A DNA stretch of 58,620 bases, filler included, from Sphacelaria rigidula (Eukaryota), in NCBI GenBank assembly GCA_964200075.2. It is 8 parts of 8 records of this genome, joined end to end, with 100 filler letters (N's around TTAATTAATTAA, not from the genome) between each part and the next. Parts side by side here need not be neighbours in the genome. Positions count along the whole stretch, not along the records: positions 22,023 to 29,262 come from CAXNAA020015810.1; positions 29,363 to 36,602 come from CAXNAA020015811.1; 6 more parts are not named here. One strand, 5' to 3'. The notes below the pieces were generated by a model. It did no database searches, was not told the origin of the DNA, and saw only the letters and a list, made by a program, of their open reading frames with translations. How positions within the stretch are numbered: the first letter of the stretch is position 1; every line of letters starts with the position of its first letter. The position numbers were made by a program, and so were the translations under genes. Shown piece after piece: positions 24,419 through 36,479 of this stretch.

Positions 24419-25723
24419 TACAGGTGAGCACCGGATAGCAAAATCGAAAAAATGGTTACCGGATACGGAAGAGCTATTTCGAAAGACCAAAAATCGCTCA
24501 AACCGTTTTTTTTCAGCCGGTTTAACCGGTTCACCGAAAAACCGGTTTAACCTGATGAGCAAGGGAAAACGCCTCTAAATCATTGAAACGCAGGTGAATT
24601 CGAAGTTGTTGTCGTACGTTTCGTGTATGGTGGGTGATGGATACTCTCAAACACATCCATTGCCGGTAACGGCAAGGTTCAATCTCACACCTCCGCACTC
24701 CGCACCCATGCAACACCTGCCGAACTTTACAGCACAGTGGCTGACGACCGGTGACGAAGGGTTTTATGCGTTATAGGAAATGGTGTTCATGATTACGTGA
24801 ACAGCTGCTGTTCAAATCTTGCACCTATCCCTCGCGAACACAGGGTGTCAAAAGCAGAAAATGAAAATTATACTCCGGAGCAGTAGATAGTAGTGGGAAC
24901 CTGAAACGTTCTTTTTCTAATTTCTTCGTCATGGCGATTTTCTCAGGCTCTTCCGCTTGTCACCGCCCATCACATGGGGGATTTGAAGATACTTGTATCC
25001 GCTTGAGATTCAATGAAAACAAAAATCATCTGTACTCAACATTGGGTGACTTACGGGCTGACCGGTCATCGGGGGTCCTGCAATTTTTCAGCACAGGTTC
25101 TGACTCTTTGGAATTTTTGGCCGATCGAGCCTGTCGCGATCGTTGTTGTAAAGGAATGTGCAATTTTATTTTTTTGAAATTCTACCCACTCACTGCACCA
25201 GAGCCGAATAACTGTGTTTCACGGTCAATAATACCCTCCTTATAAACGGGGTATCTGCTCCAATCGCCCGATAACACTACGTAACATTACATGGGCACTG
25301 TTTTTTTAGGATTATCTTCTCATTTTACCAAAATCTACCGACGCTAGCACGTTAGAGCTCTATCGAAGGGTAGTACGCGAGAATGCCCTCACGTGAGCAC
25401 TGCCGTCCTCGATGTCGATCGGCACTTCGCTCATTTTGCCTCGCGGCAGTATCGAGTATGCAAGTGTGTTTCTCACCTCCGCAGTATTGTGGTTTCTGCA
25501 AGCTGACTCTATGTGTAAGGTGTAAGGGTGAGCGTGTAGCGTGTGACGTGTCGTATGTCACGCTTTCGCTACGAGCTACGAGCACCAATTAAAAACTTCG
25601 CAATTGAACCGGTTTAATCGGCAAATCAAAAACGTTTTTTTTCATAACCGTAACCGGTTAACGCCTTTTAGGGTTTCCAAAAACCGGTTATAACCGGGGT
25701 TTATTTCCAGGTGCCCACCTCTA
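24419..25723. mobile_element. Non-autonomous hAT element
   Basis: TIRs TACAGGTGAGCACC / GGTGCCCACCTCTA; 8-bp flanks TCAATGAG / CCATTGAG (6/8 match); clustered AACCG/CGGTT subterminal motifs at both ends. Confidence 0.75.
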
Positions 25724-25889
25724 CCATTGAGTGAAGGAATGGAACCATATGCCGAAGACTTGATGTGGATATGGAGGTCATAATTCTCCGGGTTCTCATC
25801 CTCAATAAAAAGCTCCATCCAACAGCGGATTGTCAAAAATGGGGTTAAAGCAAATGAGGTTCAACTCAAAAGCAGTGCTTCCCCTGACC

Positions 25890-26159
25890 TGTGACGAAAA
25901 AACGCCATCACGTTGAATTGGTAGTGATGATCTGGATCAGGACTTGGGGCACGGCGGTTCTGGAAGATTCTGGGAGGATTCTGGCTGATGACCGGGGACA
26001 CGGGGATGATACCCTGCGCGTCTAAGAGGCTTTGCCTACAAGGGCACTACTGATAACGAGGTGTTGTAAAGGCTAGCAACTGGAACTGAGGCCAGTGAGA
26101 CTGGGGAGTCCCTCAACAGCAGTGATCCACCAGTTGTTCTTCTTCTGGCTGGCGCCACT
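25890..26159 (+). repeat. Putative 5' LTR of Gypsy family 2
   Basis: Starts TGTGACG; homologous to 55874-56117 (shared TGTTGTAAAGGCT..CAACTG and ACTGGGGAGTCCCTCAACAGCA). Confidence 0.65.
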
Positions 26160-29100
26160 ATATCGACACTAGTGTTAGTGCTAGAGCTAGTACCTCGCAG
26201 AACCTGCTGGAAATTAGTTTGGGCGGAGGAGTCTGGCAGCTGAGGACGACGTGGAGCATCACGGACGCGTGGAGGGGGTTCAAGCTGACGGAAGCTGCAG
26301 AAAGGCGACTCTTGCTGAAGCTGCGTGCAGCGGGAGTTTGGAGGCTCACGACTATATGGTGCGGCGACGAGACAAGGGTGAAGTGTGCAATTCGCAAAGG
26401 TCCGCTGGCCATGCGAAAGGTTTGCAGGTAGCCGGCTGTAGCTATGGTGATCGGCACGCGTAGTGCGTCCAGTGGGACACCCGTGGTCATGCGGGAAGAG
26501 TTGCGACCTCTCCAATACGGGGGTGGGTACTCCGAGAGTGTATCTTGCACTTCATATACCAAGTACGTGGAGTACAGTGAGCGTGTGGAGCACGCTAACG
26601 CAAGGGGTGCAGTGCGAGATCAGGTAGTGTCGATGGCTCAGCAAGTGCCGACGAGCGTTTGCGCGTGTTGAACAGAATGGGAGCACAAAAAACCCGCCGC
26701 AACTGATTGCAGTGATCAAAAAGCATGCTGGGCATGTGGCGGGCGACAAGGTGGAGTTGACCCAAGCGTCCGCGACCATGGCGAAAACTGTCGCCATGGA
26801 GTCCCTGGAAAAGACGATGCTGAAGCGGGCGGAGCCAATTCCGTCCAACCTGGAAAAATACTTCTCAGAAAATCGAAAGGTGGAACTAGTATATCGTTCC
26901 CTCGATGGCAAATTTATTCCCGGCCCAGCTGTCGTAGTTACCAAGGCTTTGGTGGAGGGGTTAACGCCGAAAATATTCCAGCAAGCTGTGCTTGTCAAAT
27001 TGCAGGACGAGATAAACGGGAAGGATGATCCTTACCTGGTGATGTACACCGTTGTGACCGGGGCCAAGGAGTGGCGGAAGATAGAGGTGTCCGGCCACCC
27101 GTCCACCTCCACGCCGAAGTATGTGCGCCACAACGGCTCAAAATCGACCGGCCGCGCCGCGACCATCACCTGCCACCGCTGTCGCCAGGTCGGCCATTAC
27201 GCGCGCGATTGCCCAACGTCTTCCGGTGAAGAGTCTGGGCGGTCTTATGCCGCGGACCATTAGCATCGACAGCAGGAGGGTGAAGGACGAGGTGGTCGGG
27301 GTGGTTGCGGCGGCGGATCCTCCGGCGGTGGAGGGTCGCAGTCGAGCTGTCATCAGCAGCAGCAGTACCAGCACCACCAGCACCAGCAGGAGCAGCGGCG
27401 TCAGCATGGTCTGGTTCTGGGTCCGGCGCCGCTGAAAATGCTGCCGCTTCGCAACGGGCGGTGCAGGTGGGACCGACTTCTACAGTGTCGAACACTGCGC
27501 CGGCATCGGCGGTGGCGCCGGTGGCGACACCGGCGGCAGCGCCAGGCGCGACGCCTGCTGATTCGCTGGTCGGAAGTGCGCCGAATTATTGGTTTGCTGG
27601 CTGAGGGTCGTACCCGCCGGCGGTGCCGTTTGATCCTGCCGGGGCGTCTCCGCCTGCGCAGCTTGCGCAGCTTGCGCAGCCGTGGCGTCAAGTGGAATTA
27701 GCGGCGCATCGGTCGGCGAATGAAGTACTAGTGGAGTTCGCAGACAAGTACGTTCTGATTGAGCTGTACATTTCAAATCAACAGGAGCGTGGAGCCATTG
27801 CGGTTTGGGCTGTGTTGGATTCTGGCACCCACTTCGTGAATCATATGAGTCTGTCGGTGCAGACGTGTTGGAGCGTCTTCTCCCGGGTGTGCCGCTGCGC
27901 ATTCCGTTTTCGCTCGGGGCGCGGTAGGCTGTCACCGCGTCGGGTCAGCGTGTTTCGTCACGGAGCGTACTGTTCTGCTGCATTTGACTTTCACGACTTC
28001 CTAGGGGTCGGCGCCGTTGCCTCCGATTTCGTTTGCGATCATGCCGGGGTCGGATGGCATCATTCTTCTGGAGTTGTCGACGCTTCAGAACCTTGAAGTC
28101 AAACCATACGCGCGGTTGTGGGACTCCCTCAAGACGCGGAGGTTTCCGCCTGGTCCGCACGTGGAGACGCCCGCCCTTTTGGGCAGTCGTCGCGTGAGCT
28201 TGTCGGTGGATGCTTTTCAGGAGGCTGGGGGGCAGGTGACCTAGGAGCGGGATGCGGCGGTGGAACGCTTGGTGGAGCGCGGCCCGGAGATGTTTATGGA
28301 TCCGACGGAAGAGGAGTCCGCTCGGAAGGTCAGGCCGGGGGAGAGCGTGACGAATGCTGTTGCGGAAGACCTCAGCGTCTCAAGAGCGGAGCGCCTGCGC
28401 AACATATTGCATCGCTGCGTCAACGCGTTTCGTCGTGCGCTGCAGGGTGATCCCCCTACACGCGTGGAGCCAATGCGTGCTCAGCTCAAATATGGGGCGT
28501 CCGCGGTGAAGGCGAAGCCGCGGCGGTACGATTCGGTGAAGTCGAGTTGGTTGGCGTCGTGCATGCCGGCTTTTTTGGCGCTCGGGTTGGTATTCAGGAA
28601 CTTGTAGGCGATGTGGTCCAGTCCGGCGATGGCGGTTTCGAAGAAAGATTCGTTTCGCCTGGTGAGCAACTGGAAGGCAGTGAATGAGCAGCTTGAGAAG
28701 TCGCCGGGTGTGATGCCCAACCAAGCGTCGGACATGCGTGATCGGTTCAGTGCTTGTTTTTTGGAAAATGGGGCCTCCTCAAAGGTTACTGGCAGATGCC
28801 GTTGGTGGAGGAGGCGCAGGAGATTTCTACAATCACGACTCCGTTTGGTTTGTTTACCCCGAAGCGAGTGCTGCAAGGCGTGCTGAATTCCACGGCATAT
28901 TTTTAAGGCGTCATGACAGAACTACTCGTCGGCTTGAAACGCAGGATATGGGTGGATGATGTGTTCTTCGCGAACACGGAAGACGAACTTTTAGACACGC
29001 TTAATGCTATCTTGGCTCGTCTAGAAAGTGCTGGTTTGTTTGCCGCTGCGCACAAGTGTATCTTCTTCGCTAGTGAACTCGTGTGGTGTAGGAAAGTGTA

Positions 29101-29200
29101 CTCACACAGACCCGTATCTCATGACCATGTCAGACTGCAAGGCTCGTCTGACATGCGGCGCCCGGAGACGGCCGCACAACTCATGTAACTCCTGCAGGCC
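25890..29200 (+). mobile_element. Decayed Ty3/Gypsy retrotransposon, family 2 (LTR-gag-PR-RT)
   Basis: Gag zinc knuckle CHRCRQVGHYARDC; protease VWAVLDSGT; RT motifs WSSPAMAVSKKDSFRLV, GYWQMPL, TPFGLFTPKRVLQG and IWVDDVFF; several stops and frameshifts. Confidence 0.92.
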
Positions 29201-29262
29201 GACACTTTCTACGATAGCCCCCCCGAAAAAAGTGCATGGTTTTGGGAGGCAAAATCTTCACG
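29201..29262. mobile_element. MITE family A end inserted in the Gypsy RT, truncated by scaffold end
   Basis: GACACTTTCTACGATAGCCCCCCC followed by sequence matching 56515 onward. Confidence 0.85.
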
Positions 29263-29362
29263 NNNNNNNNNNNNNNNNNNNNNNNNNNNNNNNNNNNNNN
29301 NNNNNNTTAATTAATTAANNNNNNNNNNNNNNNNNNNNNNNNNNNNNNNNNNNNNNNNNNNN

Positions 29363-29592
29363 CCGTCAGCGAAACGATCCAATCCGGCGGCAGACGCCAA
29401 CGATCTTCGAAACGCAGCGCCATTCAGCAGTCTGCTGAGATATACCATCACCACAGCACAGCACCACCACAGCACAGTGGTCAGTTAGATCAAATGGGTG
29501 CCCCACGATGAACCTGCAGACACACACAACCGGGGTAAGGGTTAGTCCGACGCCTGGGGTTATTTCGCCAGTAGTGCCCATGCGAGCGCTTC
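29363..29592. repeat. Dispersed repeat; second copy at about 51064-51277
   Basis: CCGTCAGCGAAACGAT...CAGCAGTCTGCTGAGATATACCATCACCACAG...TTTCGCCAGTAGTGCCCATGCGAG shared. Confidence 0.85.
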
Positions 29593-30689
29593 ATCTAGTC
29601 TGAACCAGCTATCACGCCTTGTATGGCCACCTCCGCCGTGGCTGTGTTGAGAACCGGTTTCGCGGTGGAGCTGTTGAACAACACTACTGTTTTGGTGCAA
29701 GGCGCTTCAAAAATTCGAGCCGTTTCTTTTGAATTTAAAAGCCGCGGCAGCTCTAGTTTGAATATCCCTTCTGACGGTCCCGAACGGGCGCTCATAAAGC
29801 GACGGAAAGCGCTGGCACCGTTATAGGTGGGATTTGCGACAACCTCAGTGTTAGAGTTAGACTCCAGGGGAAGTCCGGAAATAACGGGTTGTTTTCTTGG
29901 AAAGTAGTCGTCCATTCTTCAACAGGTGTCAAGTGTTAGAGCAAGGAAATTTCGGTTTTGAACAGGGGAACCTGTACTTACGATAACCCTGAATACTGTT
30001 CTAGATACAGTAGACGCAAGGGTTGCTCGATAGATGCGACACAATGAAGTAGGGCGGCTTTTGGTTGGACTGCACACCATCATGCTTTCGCTCCAGTTCA
30101 GAAACTTCTGAACTAGGGGCACATGGACGAAACCGGTTGCGGCTCCCGAGCCTTTTAAACAAAGTAAATGGAATTTCGATGGTCCGTTGAACCTCATAAA
30201 AATGTTGAACCTCAATAACGATTCCAGGCTGTTTCTTGTTACCTGAGGTAAAGTGGCCGCTTTGGGTCTGGCGAATCCTGCGAAGATGCTATCGAACAGC
30301 ACCACCAAACTTTTCAGGCGTTGGCATGTACCAATCAGTACAGAACCGAACAGAAATCGACAGTTAAACGTTCTTATTATAAAGCAACGGACATAAAACT
30401 ATTTATAGGCGGGAAAAGGGGGATTTTCATGCAGGAGAAACTCTATGTTGCCCCACGAGTGCCACATGCACTCGCAAAAACTCTGTAGTCGTTCCTTCAT
30501 ATCTGGCGGGGGGACGGGGAAGCCACAGTTCCTCGGGTAACAAGAGTCATATCAATAATATGGACGTAGTTTATAAAACCGAACTGTATTGCTTCTATAG
30601 CTCCCGATTTCCGGTAGTTACATGTTGTTACGGTGGGCGAAAATATGAGTTTTCAACGATTTCTTGTGTCTTTCGAATCTTAACGCCGA

Positions 30690-30900
30690 TTTCGGTACAG
30701 TATGTGGGACTTGCACAGCTGAGGCTGTTCGCAATGAATCCCCTTTTTGCCCAATTTCAGAATGAATTGGCGGGCAGAGTGAGAATTTATTCCGCGCAGC
30801 TTCTGCTGTACAAATTCCAAATCTGTCAGTGTATGGGATTTGTACAGCAGAAGCTGCTCGAAATAAATGTCTTTTTTGCCCAACAATTCTACAGATCTTG
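30690..30900. repeat. Palindromic dispersed repeat; related copy at about 44540-44900
   Basis: Hairpin GCAGCTTCTGCTGTACAAATTCCA...TGGGATTTGTACAGCAGAAGCTGC (30796-30857); same motif at about 44650-44716. Confidence 0.75.
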
Positions 30901-32719
30901 TAGCAAATAGTTGGAATTTTCGAATTGGGAGTGCCTCCACAGGGTTACTCGCAGAGAGTGTGCCGAGAAGAGCGCTATACAAAAAAATGCTGGTAGAAAT
31001 ACTAGGGTTTGTAAATGTTGTACAGGGTTGCTGAACCCTGGAGAAGAGGTGTCCTACAGGTTGTTATTTGTCCACGTTTGTACCGGGAAGAGTTGTCGAG
31101 ATGCTCATGTACGATACGTCTGTCGAAAACAACCCGAGGAAGCTTTCTTTTCTTGTACTTGAGTCCCTTGCAACCGCGTGCGCCACGCGGGCTCGTGTCT
31201 GAATAGCAAGATTTGAAAACCCGGCCGCCTGAAGTCTACGAAGCCACCGTGCATGACAAGGTATTTATTATGCGCCCAAGGGTATGCAAACTAAAATATG
31301 GAGCCCATATTTTCATTTTTTCCGCTCCGCAGGGTGGTCAGGGATCGGGGGCTGGAGGGTATACACTGAATCGTGTATCAATCTAGTTCCACCCTCATTC
31401 CTGTTATACTAACGAGTTGCTTGATCTTGCCATGTGGGAGGAAAATTACTGGAGCTGAGTATGGGTACGCCACTCAATTACCAGCAGCCAAGGGAGGTCA
31501 CGATAGGACTGAGTCTCGGCACCATCGGACTTCATGTGCACCCTCGGATAATGGGCAAAAACACGTGCGGCTGGCCCATGTGCCGCATGACCACGTACAG
31601 CCACCGCGGTCAATTTGTTGTACAGTAGGTCTCATGCGCTTTTCCCTTTCTGATAAATATATCCTCGCCTCTTGCCAACATGGCTGTGTTGCGCTGGACT
31701 ACGTTGTGGGTACCCATCTGCTCGCTCTTTTCAGCCGTCTCTGTTCTTGCGGCAAGCAGCTGCGTCTTTGGAAGGCGCATGCGTGAAGCTGCGCCATCCG
31801 AAGCAGTACCAACTTATGTACCACACTGTCTGATTACTACTTTGCTGTCGCAGGCATAACGTATAATAATGTACTATTCAGTACACCTGGCTTTGCTGCT
31901 CCCAGCAAGAAGACTATTCTCGTGCAAGGCAACCGTTTGTAATGTGGAGCATGTAAAGCGCATTGGTCGGAGAATGATAAATCATGAGGAATCTCTGTTT
32001 TTGTGGACTTTATGTTCAATACAGTACTGTGCAGTGCACCAGCACATACGCTGGCATCATACAGTCGGTCGATCTCCCAGGAAGACAACTTTTGTGCAAT
32101 GCAACCGAACTCTGCTCTCAAGGGCCAAGGGAGCCTGTACTCCCAGCAAGACTGTACAGACAGGCATTACCGCTTACAACGACGATTCTGTGGGAGAAGT
32201 ACCCCTCCCCCCCCCCCCTCCGCCCATCGTTCCATTGATCATTACCGATCTGGTGTGATCGAGTGCACATTTTACATTGCCAACTACCTGTGTAAGCTGG
32301 CGACGCTCGGCAATAAGTACGGATCACACGTACTAGCGGCCACCTGTGTGAACCAACTCTATTAGTCCAGTCTCTCTCCGTGGCAAGGGCGGTGTCGTTG
32401 ACGCACAGACTGTGACGATTTCTCACCTCTGTAGGAGTTACGAGGAATTAGACCCTGTCCTACAGCTTGTTCAGGAAGCAATTGCACCCTGATGGAGATC
32501 CCGTGCTTTGGTGGAGCAACGGCTACAGTGTAACCTTTGCTGTACACCTTGCGGTGTATTTCCCGTAGCACGAACTCAGCGATATGTCAGTGGCGAGTCG
32601 AGTTCAGACCTATTTGAAGTTGTACATGCTGGAACCACGGCCAAGTGTGCACATCTGTACCTGCGGTATCGTCCCTTGAAGAGATCACGAAGCTGTCTCC
32701 GGCGACATTTTTGTGATTG

Positions 32720-33410
32720 TAGGAAAACCATCACCGTTTCGGTGACATTTCGGCGAACTAGGTACCTGTAATTTATCACCAAACGGTGATCATGTTGTAA
32801 ATCCGGATCCATTCAAGTTTCAAGGGACGGGTGAACTTGTCATGAATTCTTCGCGAAATAATCACCGACGCGGCAACAGTGTCGGGACTTATCCCCAAAA
32901 CTATCAGCGAATCGTTCATAATTTCGTGAATTCAGATTTACTCAAGTACGGTTTGTCGGGAACCGTGATTTGTTTTGACCTTCCTTACAAAAATATAGTA
33001 TCACCACTTCGGTGACGATTTGGTGAGCTGTTCACAGAATGATCACCGAAAAGGTGTAGTGATTGTATCAATTATTTCACGACTGTGGATTCATCAAAAG
33101 TATCACGGGACAGTGATTGTTACTTGAATTGTTCAAAAAAGTATCACCGTTTCGGTGACTTTTTGGTAAACAGTTCACAGAGTGATCACCGAGAAAAACC
33201 ATTTAAGGAATCCAAAGTATCACGACACAGTGATTGCGATGTGAATTCTTCACATAATCATCACCTTCTCGGTGACATCCGCGCCAATTCCTCACAATTC
33301 CTCACAAAATAATCAACGCAACGGTGACCGCTTTGTAGATCACTTCATGAATCTAGATACATCAAAAGTATCACGCGAACAATGACTGTTGAGTGAATTC
33401 CTCACAGAAC
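32720..33410. repeat. Degenerate tandem array (about 115-150-bp period), possibly transposon subterminal repeats
   Basis: Recurrent AAAGTATCACG, TATCACCGTTTCGGTGAC and GTGAATTC motifs. Confidence 0.65.
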
Positions 33411-34002
33411 CTGTAGACGAAAACACTCAACACGTCCAAGCTTGAAAATCCTAGTGACGTTTCCGTTTGGTCCCCTCAGTAGAACTTCTCATCCTCTTGT
33501 TCCGTCCTCCACTAACCACGGGTGGGGGTAGCAGTTCCCCCGTAAACGTGGGGGGGAATGGGGCCAGCACGGGTCCACCAGCGTCTCGCGCCGTCCCACC
33601 CGGCGCCCAGTGATTCATTACGCCGGCATCTCCCGCGGTTTGGAAGCTACGCCTCGATGTGGAAGCTACCGTTCCGTCACGGTGTGAACCGGAACCGGGT
33701 GCCGAGTGGTCTGAATATGCTTGTACTGAAGGCCAAGGTGTCCTGCCTGGCCGTGCAGCGGCACCCACGCCAGCTCCTGTGAGAACAGCCGGTCCTGCTT
33801 CAAACGTCACGGCTGGAGTGGGTGGTTGATGGTGTCCTGCCGGGGCCGTGAAGGGATGGAAACGTGAGCAAGCATCGCCGCCAAAAGACGAGCACATTGC
33901 TTCAAGATGGCCTGGACTTTGCACGCTCGACCCTCCCCCCGCCCCCTCCCGTTCGACGGCTACATCGACGCCGCCGTCGAATCGCCGCCCCTGCAGCGCA
34001 TA

Positions 34003-35055
34003 TTACTCCAGGCAGTGCCGACTAGTGCTGGCACGGGAATCCACCCCGCCTAGAGCAGCGCCGTCCGCAGTGGGAGGGAGCCCATGCAGCCGCGGCAACT
34101 GCCGTTGTGGCTTGATCGGACCCTTACAGAGTCCACCACCAAGATACACGCGCCCCTCGATCCAGGAGATTCCTTGCTCGTCAGCTCCGCCCCGCCCGGC
34201 TCCGCCTTCTTCATGTCCGCGTATGCCTCCAACACCTCCACCATTCTCACTTCCACCCCCCCCTACGCCGCCCTCCCGGCCGTGCTCACACCCACCTCCG
34301 ACTGCCTCACGTTGGCGGCACCGATGATCGTCTGTCACGTGCCCACCCTCCCCTTCGTCTGTTCCGCTTCGGGCCACTGCATCTTGCGCAATAATCCCAC
34401 ACTGTGGGGTTGACCCACGCTCACTCTTAACTCTGCCGCCCCCCCTTCCGCCCCTTCGCCCTCGCCCAGACCGCCCGCGCCCTCCTCTGCAAGTTGAGCT
34501 GTCGGGTCGAGGACGAGAAGCTGTGCTGCCGTACACTACGGATGAAGAGGATGCCTTCTCACCCGCTTTGTCCACCTCTAGCTGTCCTTCGGCGGATTGG
34601 CGCAGTCGTGCGACGAAGCGAAGACAGGCTTGGCGACTTCTGAGGTGCGGGGCATATTTTTGCCCGAGCTCCTTCCCGAAAGCGTACAGATCATCATAGT
34701 TCGCTTTCTGTATGTCCTCATCCTTCACGGTGAAGAAATCCCCCAAATCTTCCGACTCGTTGCCCCACAATCCCGTGAGCACCGGTGTGTCTTCTGCTCC
34801 CTCCGACGATGGAACGAGAACGGACTTGCCAACGAATCTTGCCATACTCCATGGGCTGTTAGCCTGGCCATCACTCCGCCAGCGAGATATGAGGCATGTA
34901 CCGTCAAATACCAGTTGCTTCCCATCAGCCGCCGTCACGGCCGCCAGGAGTTCGTGCTGGCATGGCTGACCCAGAGACAGGATCGAAAGGCAAGAGCACA
35001 AACGTTCCCCGCCTTGTTCGCGCTCCGTTCGGTACTTTCGGACCATGTTCTGCAC
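34003..35055 (-). CDS. FAR1/MuDR-related gene, exon with SWIM zinc finger and Gly/Arg-rich tail (3' end uncertain; may continue to 33451)
   Basis: gctgccag| VQNMVRKYRTEREQGGERLCSCLSILSLGQPCQHELLAA (SWIM CxC-x9-CxH); open for 350 codons. Confidence 0.7.
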   Translation of the reverse strand: MQNMVRKYRTEREQGGERLCSCLSILSLGQPCQHELLAAVTAADGKQLVFDGTCLISRWRSDGQANSPWSMARFVGKSVLVPSSEGAEDTPVLTGLWGNESEDLGDFFTVKDEDIQKANYDDLYAFGKELGQKYAPHLRSRQACLRFVARLRQSAEGQLEVDKAGEKASSSSVVYGSTASRPRPDSSTCRGGRGRSGRGRRGGRGGGRVKSERGSTPQCGIIAQDAVARSGTDEGEGGHVTDDHRCRQREAVGGGCEHGREGGVGGGGSENGGGVGGIRGHEEGGAGRGGADEQGISWIEGRVYLGGGLCKGPIKPQRQLPRLHGLPPTADGAALGGVDSRASTSRHCLE

Positions 35056-35283
35056 CTGGCAGCCGAGAAAGATAGGAGACAAGCATAGCACGCGGCTGAT
35101 CACGGTGTACATGAGGAATCATAATTTCCCACCGTCTTCATCACCAGCAAGCAGTTGCCGCCGGACGTAGGGGCACGGTGCAAAATGGTACCCGTCGGCA
35201 CACCCGCAAAAAAAAAAAACTGTCTACCCGAGTTTATTTTGAGAGGGCGATTCTGCGCTCTGCCGCGCGTGATAAGATCTCAC

Positions 35284-35469
35284 CATCTGCTTGCCCAACC
35301 TCCCCAGCCTCTTGCCGCCGCGTTCCAGGTATGCATACAGGGCACTCGGGCCGAATCCGTGCATTTTGGCAAACGCTCGGATCTGAGCACGTTCGCCTTT
35401 TATTTCTTCGGGGCTGAGTTCGTCGTCGGCGGTTGGTGGCAAGGTACAAGTATGCACCAGCGAGTCTAT
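35284..35469 (-). CDS. FAR1/MuDR-related gene, internal exon (end of Zn finger HTC and helical region)
   Basis: ctaacgcag| IDSLVHTCTLPP...LGRLGKQM |gtgaga; 186 nt, phase 0-0. Confidence 0.75.
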
Positions 35470-35656
35470 CTGCGTTAGCGGGTGTAGAGGGTGGTGGGGA
35501 CACCGCAAATGAGCCGAGCTTTCATAAATATGCACGTATTACTTCACGACTAGCCGCGAACCGACCGGGGACAAACAAATTGAAACACGGACTGGAGAGC
35601 AGCCGGCGAAGAGAAAGAATATATTCATCATACGACTTTGCATTCAATACGCTCAC

Positions 35657-35722
35657 CCTTTTGATCTGGGGTCCAGCGCTGCCGGATATCCACCTCAACT
35701 CCACATTGAACTTGCAGTTTTG
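35657..35722 (-). CDS. FAR1/MuDR-related gene, internal exon
   Basis: ttgcag| QNCKFNVELRWISGSAGPQIKR |gtgagc; 66 nt, phase 0-0. Confidence 0.72.
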
Positions 35723-36362
35723 CTGCAACGCGGAAACAGGGATAGGGGATGATTTATTCATTGGATGATTGGGTGTTGCACATTACATGATTCACGGAGG
35801 GAACCAACCATGGTTACAACATGAATACCCCCAAGGTAAACGAAACCGAAACGCTCGCTCAAGGAGTGAACAGGTGAAATTTATATATACACCAAAGAAA
35901 ATGAGTAAATGAATAAGAATCAAAACAAACCAAAGCCAACTCCAAAACCAAACTATGCGGTAAGGGAAATAAAGAAAACGGAGAGGAGCTGCAGCTAAAA
36001 GGTAAACAATTTAGGACAGACAAAAAAAAACGAGAAATAAAGGTGGAGATGGCCGGCTCCTGGAGCATGGAATTATGGGAAAAACATTCTGGGTGCGAAG
36101 AGTGCGTGCATCCGTGGATAAATAAAACAAAAATGTCGCGGAAACACATTGTGGTTGTGCTATTTCTAACCAACTTAGTTGGGTACGCGCTGCCCCCCAT
36201 GACCCTTACCGCAGTAAGGTACCAAACGGCCGACAATATGGCAAGAGAGGAACACAAGTGAGAAGAGGTCGACGGTTTTCTAGGCAGGATCCAAAATTAA
36301 CGGCCACGCCCGCACTACAGAATATTGGTATTCATATTCGAAAAGTCAACCCTCGCGATCAC

Positions 36363-36479
36363 CTTCTTTGTCTTTGTTGACCTCCGACTCTGGGGATCCC
36401 TTGCCTTTGGAGTTATCCGCGCCTTCCCCCACGTCGCGCATCGCACACTCACGTGGTACCATCCTGTGCCGTCCGATCT
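36363..36479 (-). CDS. FAR1/MuDR-related gene, internal exon (first Cys of the FAR1/WRKY-GCM1-type finger)
   Basis: gtgtag| RSDGTGWYHVSVRCATWGKARITPKARDPQSRRSTKTKK |gtgatc; 117 nt, phase 0-0. Confidence 0.7.

Noticed and set aside
31373..32700. Possible transposase relic (VGTASDGAASRM on the minus strand)
   Set aside because: A single weak motif among many stops; insufficient evidence
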